A program made the translations under genes and the position numbers. From Promethearchaeota archaeon (GTDB lineage: Archaea > Asgardarchaeota > Lokiarchaeia > Sigyniarchaeales > SOKP01), in contig JBHLNS010000029.1 of NCBI GenBank assembly GCA_048941285.1, positions 1-43,939 of the forward strand: a stretch of DNA of 43,939 bases, in the 5' to 3' direction. The notes below the pieces were generated by a model. It made no database searches. It saw only the letters and a list, made by a program, of their open reading frames with translations, and had not been told where the DNA came from. Shown here one piece after another: positions 37,682 through 43,939 of the stretch (positions are counted from its first letter, which is position 1; the number at the start of each line of letters is the position of its first letter).

Positions 37682-38707
37682 TTAATCTTTAAATTTCTTA
37701 AAGTCTTCAATAAATTCATCAAAATTAGAAGTTTTTGTCAGAATCCAATTTAGCTCTTTTTCAAATTCTCCTTGTTTGTACAAGTTAGCCATTTTTTCAA
37801 AAGCGGCTTTTATTTCCAAGTAATCATCATTACTAATACTAATTTCATTTGAATGCTCGAATTCCATGCTGATTTTTAGGATTTTGCAAAATTCTGAATT
37901 GCTTAATGCTAATAACCTTAATTTTGGATCTTGAGTAATTTTACTTGCTTGAATAAAATGATTCATAGCTTCTGAAAATTTGTTTGATTCTTTATACTCT
38001 TCTGCGTATACCATACATTCCCAAGCATTGCATAAATATTGTAAAGTTTGAATTTCCTCTCTTTCTACTGTATTGAGTTTCTTGAATTGAGAGGATATAT
38101 TTGAAAAAATGCCTACTGCATCTGCTCTATCTCCTTCTGTATCTAATTTTCTTGCCTTTTTAAGTTCTGACCATATTTGCCTGAATTGAGTTGATAAAGA
38201 CGTTTTCCCTTCTCTTGTTTTAATTGGTAATCTTATTATATCGTCAATAATGGAAACTATCCTTTCTTCAGAACCTTTTTGAATAGCAGAGAATGCATAG
38301 GTTTTCTCATTTAATATTTTTTCAATGTTCTTAGCTTTTACAACATCTTTTCTATCTTGAAAATTTGCAATTATAGAATATTTAACATCTGATACCTTTT
38401 TCTTTAAATCTGACAATAATTTTTGGGTATTTTTTATGTTATCCATAATGGAATTTGAGACTATGCAAATAATATCAGTTGATTCTAATAAATCTTTAAA
38501 AAAGTCATATTTATCAATCAATTCTTCTAAATCTATAACCCTTAAAATACAATTGTCACCATTTTCTAAGTTAGACACATTAATAGACTTCTTCAGAATT
38601 TCATTTAAGTTTAGGTCAATTTCTAAAATAATTTCTCCTGGGAATAAATTCAATATTGTTTGCTTTCCCACACCTTTTTCTCCGGTTAAAACAATTTGAA
38701 CAGGAAT
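37682..38707 (-). CDS. Atypical small GTPase domain fused to a helical-repeat (TPR-like) C-terminus, probable ATT start
   Basis: The frame upstream of GTG 38671 encodes IPVQIVLTGEKGVGKQT (full P-loop), bounded by TAA; ATT 38707 is 6 nt after SD GGGGTG. Shares LFPGE, IDLEEL, ANFQD and FSAI with 24152. Confidence 0.8.
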   Translation of the reverse strand: MPVQIVLTGEKGVGKQTILNLFPGEIILEIDLNLNEILKKSINVSNLENGDNCILRVIDLEELIDKYDFFKDLLESTDIICIVSNSIMDNIKNTQKLLSDLKKKVSDVKYSIIANFQDRKDVVKAKNIEKILNEKTYAFSAIQKGSEERIVSIIDDIIRLPIKTREGKTSLSTQFRQIWSELKKARKLDTEGDRADAVGIFSNISSQFKKLNTVEREEIQTLQYLCNAWECMVYAEEYKESNKFSEAMNHFIQASKITQDPKLRLLALSNSEFCKILKISMEFEHSNEISISNDDYLEIKAAFEKMANLYKQGEFEKELNWILTKTSNFDEFIEDFKKFKD

Positions 38708-38787
38708 TAATTACACCCCAGAGATACTTTCTCTTTTTTATTTTTACTTAATTTATTTATAGATTTTAATGTTAATTAAGATATTAG

Positions 38788-38985
38788 TTATTTTCTTCCT
38801 TTTAGATATATAAGAATTCCCAATGAAAAAGGGATTAACCAAATTATTAATATCCATAAAAAAACATTTAATTTTCTTTTTTTCGCATCCATATATACCC
38901 ATATTGATAATGAGATTGAAACCACAAAGGTAATTACTAAAGAAATAATTAGAATTAAAAATATAAACTCAATCATTGAATTCAC
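38788..38985 (-). CDS. Small membrane protein, PLDc_N-like (paralog of 27391)
   Basis: IWVYMDAKKRKLNVFLW, two TM segments. Confidence 0.75.
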   Translation of the reverse strand: MNSMIEFIFLILIISLVITFVVSISLSIWVYMDAKKRKLNVFLWILIIWLIPFSLGILIYLKGRK

Positions 38986-38989
38986 TTAT

Positions 38990-39967
38990 TTAGCTTTTTT
39001 CAGTTTTTTTCTTTATAAATGGAGTATCACATCCCCAACAAGTATTTTTTAGATCAATTAAAGCATCATAACATTTTACACAATACCAAACTTCACAATT
39101 TGGGCAAATATAGCTCAAACCTGAGATTTTGTTTTTACAAACTATGCAAAATCCTTTTTCTCGGCTGTATTTAACATCTTCTACCCCGAATGTTAGAGGT
39201 TTTGTAAAGACTTTTATAGTATCTTGGAGTTCTTTCTTATTAATAACAGTTTCTCCCCTTCTTATATAAAAGTAAATTAAGTAACCGATGATTGAAATTA
39301 TTGTAAAAATTGCTATCCATATTATAACTAAAAGCAAATCTACTAATTGAAGATTAATGAACAAACTTGAAATTATAAATAACGCAAGTAAGCATATCAG
39401 AATCATAAAGATAGATTTGACAATTGGCTTTGAGAATAGCTCAAAATAAGTTAGTTGTGGAGAAGTAGCAATAAAAGCACCTATTACGATGAATATGGGA
39501 CTTATACTCGGAATAAAAAGATTTAAGTATTTAATAAATATCGCTTCTATACTCCATCCAACTAAAACTAGGACTAAACCGAAGCTTATGACTAAAGAAA
39601 TAACTTTAAACTCGGCATCCGATTTAATTGAGGATCTGATAAATAATAATATTATAATAATTATGCTAATAAAAATATAGAAGTATAGAAATAAGTAGAA
39701 ATATAAATAAATATAATTTTTAACGTCATATGTTAGAATAATTACATTTAAATCTCCGGTATAGGTTCCTATTAGGAAATAATCGATAATAAAAAAAAAA
39801 ATACGAGTCACAGCAATATTAAGCCAAAATCCTCCAAATCCAATCAATAATATTTTTTCATTTCTATCCTTTTCCTTTAATCCTTTAGAGAAGTACAGAA
39901 TACTGCAAACTGACAACACAAAAATTGCCATACTTGAAAAAAAACGTTCTATTGGATCAAAAACCAT
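38990..39967 (-). CDS. Multi-pass membrane protein with C-terminal C4C4 RING-like zinc finger (candidate E3)
   Basis: CIVC-x10-CPNC-x4-CVKC-x10-CWGC-DTPF; shared GTYTGD loop and FTKP with 27626. Confidence 0.82.
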   Translation of the reverse strand: MVFDPIERFFSSMAIFVLSVCSILYFSKGLKEKDRNEKILLIGFGGFWLNIAVTRIFFFIIDYFLIGTYTGDLNVIILTYDVKNYIYLYFYLFLYFYIFISIIIIILLFIRSSIKSDAEFKVISLVISFGLVLVLVGWSIEAIFIKYLNLFIPSISPIFIVIGAFIATSPQLTYFELFSKPIVKSIFMILICLLALFIISSLFINLQLVDLLLVIIWIAIFTIISIIGYLIYFYIRRGETVINKKELQDTIKVFTKPLTFGVEDVKYSREKGFCIVCKNKISGLSYICPNCEVWYCVKCYDALIDLKNTCWGCDTPFIKKKTEKS

Positions 39968-40142
39968 GATAATTGCTTAGTTGAGATATTTAATTTTTTA
40001 AGGAATTTCAATATTAATAAATTATGATTTTTCTAGTAATTATATCTAAATCTATTATAGGAAAATATTTAGTAAATAATTTAAATATTAATCTATCTTA
40101 TCTAATTACTTAAAGCATTTGAGTTTCTTTCAATAATTTAAG

Positions 40143-41129
40143 ATGGAGCGAAATTATAAAACAATATTTATAATAATAGACCTGATTTTCGTTTTTTCTA
40201 TATTAAGTATTCCCACTTTTATGATTTTTGCCAAATTTGGGGACTATGGTAAAATCCATCAGTCTCTCACATATAAATATACTTCAGATACTCCCCCACT
40301 TAAAAAAGAATTGAATCTAAATACTGATGTAGGTATAATCGATATACAATATGTGCCTTTATCAGTAGATTTTCTTGTCAGAATAGACATAGATATTGAA
40401 TTAGCAGGTCCTAACATAGGGAGTAATTCATACTTGGATTTCTTTAGTATAGGTTGGGAAAACTTAACATCTCCATTAAATTTCACATTTGTATTATTTT
40501 CTGACATGTTAGTAGATTTTTCAAAATTACACATAGCAAATATTAATATAAATATTCAGCTAAGAGAGGATATTATCTTTAGTTTAAATGGTTCTGTAAG
40601 CGAAGGAGCTATAAATGTCTCTGCATCGGGAATTACTTTTAATGATTTACTCTTAAATGTAATTGACGGTGATATAATTTATGATTTTACAAATTGTTAT
40701 ATTGAAGGTAATATATCTGGTATTGTTAATCATGGGAATATTACATTAAAAACTTATAATAACAAATATACTCACAAGAGTCATTTGACTCTAAATAATA
40801 GAATTGGCTATATTCTCTTTAAAATTATCCAAATTGAGGAAATGGAGGCTAATGTTACCGGGATTGGAATCACAAAAACTGGGATTATCTCAGTAATCTA
40901 TAAAGATTTTTCTCCCAATATTGGAGCTCGATTTGTATTTTTTAATGCAACAAGCCATGGTCATGAAACAGAAAATTCATGGGAGGGATTCGAAAGGTAT
41001 TATATACCACCAGATATCGGACAATACTATAATTCAACAGATTATCCTTCTCGAAATAATTATAATTTCTCTTTTTTTAAATGGGATGGGGGCAATTATC
41101 TGTGGGATCTCTATAGTATCCCAACTTAA
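40143..41129 (+). CDS. Membrane-anchored beta-strand-rich extracellular protein (paralog of 29474)
   Basis: LNLNTDVGII, SYLDFF, CYIEGNISG, TKTG, NIGARF, NSWEGFE, DLYSIP shared with 29474. Confidence 0.65.
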   Translation: MERNYKTIFIIIDLIFVFSILSIPTFMIFAKFGDYGKIHQSLTYKYTSDTPPLKKELNLNTDVGIIDIQYVPLSVDFLVRIDIDIELAGPNIGSNSYLDFFSIGWENLTSPLNFTFVLFSDMLVDFSKLHIANININIQLREDIIFSLNGSVSEGAINVSASGITFNDLLLNVIDGDIIYDFTNCYIEGNISGIVNHGNITLKTYNNKYTHKSHLTLNNRIGYILFKIIQIEEMEANVTGIGITKTGIISVIYKDFSPNIGARFVFFNATSHGHETENSWEGFERYYIPPDIGQYYNSTDYPSRNNYNFSFFKWDGGNYLWDLYSIPT

Positions 41130-41131
41130 AA

Positions 41132-42898
41132 TTAATCGTCTATATACACAAATTTTAGGATAAATCGCAATGGAGCACCATCCGTTGGAATCCCTTTTAC
41201 ATCTGAATCCCAGATATCATATCTTATAGGATTAGCTAAACAAACGACCGGAATGAGTTCTTCAACAAGACGTTGCTGAATATCAAAGTATAATTGCTCT
41301 CTAGTAAGTTCATTAAACTCTTGAAGAGCATCTTCCATCCATTGTTGTACCTGCGTATCATTGAAATTCCAAAAATTTCCGATCCCATCAAGTTTACTTG
41401 AATATAATGGGTTAATTACATCGACAGGGTCATTAGAAACGACCCCCCAACCTAGAGTCACTATGTCAAATTCCCCCTCATTCAATTTATACTCCCATAC
41501 TAAAGATCCCATTGAAGTTAGATTTACTTTTAATCCTATTTGTTTAAGATCTTCAATAGCTAGGTTAGCTGCTAATTCCATAAACAGGTTACAAACTGAA
41601 AAATTATATGTTTTCAGAGGTGAGGGGCTATTTGCCAATATTTCCCATTCATTTCCAGTGGATATATTATCATTTGCTGTTAAACCGTCTGTGCCAGGCC
41701 AATTAGCATTTAGTAGGATTTGTCTTGCTCTCGTTATATTATAATATGGTACATTAAAATCTTCCCAATTCGAATACTGCATCTGTTTTGCAAGAGGAGA
41801 TTTTGCTCTTTCTGCGTGCCCTCCCCACACTTCTTTAAGATAATGATTATAATTAAAAGCGTATGAGATCGCTTTTCTCATTGTAAGATTTATAATTTTG
41901 TTATTCATTCCAAAATACCATAAACTCATCATTTTTATCGGTACTACTGTAAATTCAGGATTTAATTTAAAATCATCAAGTGTGTTATTATCTCGATTCC
42001 CCCAAATATATGAAAGCTCTCCAGATAACATTCTTTCCATTCTTTCTGAAACTCCTAAATCTAGGAAAACTAATTTATTAATTGATGGTACTCCACCCCA
42101 ATAATCTGGATTAGCATGCATATGGGTTTCTGAGCTCTCGCCCCAATAATTTACATCACAACTGTCGAAAATGAAAGGCCCTGTTCCAACTAATCTTCCA
42201 GTTCTAATATCAATGAAATCATCTTCCGGAGTAGAAGTTGGTGAAAGTATATAAGAGTTCCAAAGGGCTAATAATTCCCTTATAGGAACATAAGGTTGGT
42301 TTAACACAAATTTTACGGTATAATCGTCAATTATTTCAGTACGGTTAATAATCGGTTCCCTTTCTGAATTTAGATAGGCAGATTCCCAAGCCCATATTTG
42401 ATCATAAGGCATAGTTTCAATAAATCTATAAATTCTCTCGAAAGTCCACTGAACCGCAGTAGCTTTAAAGGGTGTTCCATCATGGAAAGTAACATCCCTT
42501 CTTAGGTCACATGTGAAATTTAGGTTATCAGAACTCCAATTTCCATTTAATGCTAAATTTGGAACTATAGGTGTATCTGTATTGTTCTGATCATAAGCAA
42601 ATAAACCTTCTGCAATTTGATCTAATATTATCAGATTCTCATATGTTGGAACTGGATTTTTAAGTGGATCAATAGAATCGGGACCATCCGCTAAACCGCA
42701 CTTAAAAATAAACTCTGATTTTTCTTGTAATTCAAAAAAAAAGTAAACTCCACTAAAAACTGCGGCCAAGGCTATAATGCTTGTAATTCCTAAACCGATT
42801 TTTTGCTTTTTATTTAATGTTTGAAATATTTTTCTTTTTTTTTTAGGTTTAATTTCCCTTTCTGTCATTATTGATCCCTTTTTGGTCTTTATCTTCAA
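41132..42898 (-). CDS. Family 5 solute-binding protein with N-terminal membrane anchor (paralog of 30586)
   Basis: FTCDLRRDVTFHDGTPF, VGTGPF, MRKAISYAFN; start may be ATG 42868. Confidence 0.9.
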   Translation of the reverse strand: MKIKTKKGSIMTEREIKPKKKRKIFQTLNKKQKIGLGITSIIALAAVFSGVYFFFELQEKSEFIFKCGLADGPDSIDPLKNPVPTYENLIILDQIAEGLFAYDQNNTDTPIVPNLALNGNWSSDNLNFTCDLRRDVTFHDGTPFKATAVQWTFERIYRFIETMPYDQIWAWESAYLNSEREPIINRTEIIDDYTVKFVLNQPYVPIRELLALWNSYILSPTSTPEDDFIDIRTGRLVGTGPFIFDSCDVNYWGESSETHMHANPDYWGGVPSINKLVFLDLGVSERMERMLSGELSYIWGNRDNNTLDDFKLNPEFTVVPIKMMSLWYFGMNNKIINLTMRKAISYAFNYNHYLKEVWGGHAERAKSPLAKQMQYSNWEDFNVPYYNITRARQILLNANWPGTDGLTANDNISTGNEWEILANSPSPLKTYNFSVCNLFMELAANLAIEDLKQIGLKVNLTSMGSLVWEYKLNEGEFDIVTLGWGVVSNDPVDVINPLYSSKLDGIGNFWNFNDTQVQQWMEDALQEFNELTREQLYFDIQQRLVEELIPVVCLANPIRYDIWDSDVKGIPTDGAPLRFILKFVYIDD

Positions 42899-43062
42899 AA
42901 TACTCTTTAAATTTCAGATTTCGAGACAAAATAAAAATTAATTGTTGAATTTAGCTACTAGATAAAATAAAATTAGATTGACATGTTTATAATAGTTCCC
43001 ACTTTTTTGTATATTTTGTCAAGTTAAGATATATCTAAAGATTAAACTTTATGAAAAAAAAG

Positions 43063-43144
43063 ATATAGAAAGTGGAAGAAAATCACTCTGGGTGTGACCA
43101 TTCGAGAAGCGGTTTTTCTTAATTTTTTCCTCCATTTTCTATAT
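43063..43144. terminator. Conserved long hairpin, copy C (downstream of the 43188 gene)
   Basis: ATATAGAAAG-TGGA..TCCA-TTTTCTATAT, preceded by an A-tract; interior shares GAYCAT..GAGAAGC with copy B. Confidence 0.5.
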
Positions 43145-43187
43145 ATATAAATTGAAAGTAAATAATTTTAATTGTTCAAACTTCTGA

Positions 43188-43820
43188 TTAAACCACATCT
43201 AGCCAGTGGTATTGATCATTTACCACGCCTACTGGTCCATACCAATCTTCCCAGGTAAAATCGGCAGGAGGTATTCCTCCTCCTGACATGTAATTAACGT
43301 AAGGTCTCCAGCCTATACTCGGGCTACCGAAATATGGTTTTTGAACCAGAAATTGGAGTCGGATCTTATAACTTTTACCAGCTTCAAAATATCCGGGATC
43401 AAATCTAACAACCCACATCCACGCACGGATTTTAGTATCTCGCCACACACCGTCTGGGTACAAAACAGTATCTTTCGGAACGACCCACGTCCATCGCTGC
43501 ATAGGGATTTCTTCGCCGTCGATGAAAAGATGGTTTTGATAAGGTGGGCCAGGATCCAATCCGTTTTCTATTTCCCAATCTGAAACAAGCCATCCTGTTC
43601 TAAAAAAGCAATATTCTCCTGCTGGAACCTCCCAATGACCCCCAGGACCAATAAAGGGGTAATACCAAGCACCAATATGATAACCATCGACCCCGGTATA
43701 ACCTGGTTTCTTAAATATATATGCAGGCCATTTGCCTGGTTCTGCGCAAGCTATCGGAAAGAAGCCAAAAATTAAGATTCCTAACGTAGTTAATAGTATC
43801 AATTTTGAAGATTTTTTCAT
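43188..43820 (-). CDS. Secreted hypothetical protein (Trp/Gly/Pro-rich)
   Basis: SD GAGGT, MKK + hydrophobic signal (ACA-E); no family recognised. Confidence 0.75.
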   Translation of the reverse strand: MKKSSKLILLTTLGILIFGFFPIACAEPGKWPAYIFKKPGYTGVDGYHIGAWYYPFIGPGGHWEVPAGEYCFFRTGWLVSDWEIENGLDPGPPYQNHLFIDGEEIPMQRWTWVVPKDTVLYPDGVWRDTKIRAWMWVVRFDPGYFEAGKSYKIRLQFLVQKPYFGSPSIGWRPYVNYMSGGGIPPADFTWEDWYGPVGVVNDQYHWLDVV

Positions 43821-43939
43821 TCTAATACCTCATTCTTTTTTTGTCAATTTTTCTAAAATGATCACTTTTTTCCATCAATGACGGAAAATTGTTAAGATTA
43901 TATAATAGATCGTGAATTTCGATCGCCCTTCAATTATAT

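Noticed and set aside
43081-43115. GC-richer patch with TTCGA resembling a tRNA T-loop
   Set aside because: No cloverleaf can be formed; it is the interior of hairpin copy C.
20784-43144. Dispersed hairpins and operator copies as a CRISPR array or bona fide integron
   Set aside because: No regular repeat-spacer period, no cas or integrase gene, and no canonical attC RYYYAAC/GTTRRRY ends.
2234-43583. Short alternative-frame and antisense ORFs in the track (e.g. 2234, 4409, 6088, 12521, 16474, 20892-21795, 24340, 25435, 25947, 26098, 26603, 26875, 27361, 30860, 32783, 33637, 34345-35041, 35604, 37389, 38436, 39489, 40259, 40921, 41361, 41898, 43341)
   Set aside because: They overlap longer genes that have clear motifs or paralogs and show no motifs of their own; treated as shadow ORFs.

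Overview
AT-rich archaeal window, most likely Asgard/Lokiarchaeia (inferred from the Loki-CTERM/PGF-type sorting tail, Rab-like and longin-fused small GTPases, a eukaryote-type ubiquitin cascade and GAGGTG/GGGGTG Shine-Dalgarno motifs). Left half (1-20.8 kb): 5' part of an ATP-cone class II ribonucleotide reductase, housekeeping genes, a peroxiredoxin-like selenoprotein missed by the ORF track (in-frame UGA, UxxC), a surface protein with a near-identical internal repeat, a GH3-like adenylating enzyme, and six genes carrying eight '2TM + left-handed beta-helix' modules that resemble a split Pls/PosA NRPS terminal region. Right half (20.8-43.9 kb): two paralogous gene modules built around a ubiquitin system. 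One JAB, one E1 and one E2 sit beside two Ubls, two multi-pass membrane C4C4-RING proteins, atypical GTPases, orphan solute-binding proteins and tandem-wHTH regulators. A shared TCG-N17-CGA motif (4 copies) and a conserved 3' hairpin family (4 copies) recur across the region. Several genes appear to start at ATT or CTG. No rRNA, tRNA, CRISPR or transposase was recognised. All calls come from reading the sequence and motifs by eye; no searches were run.
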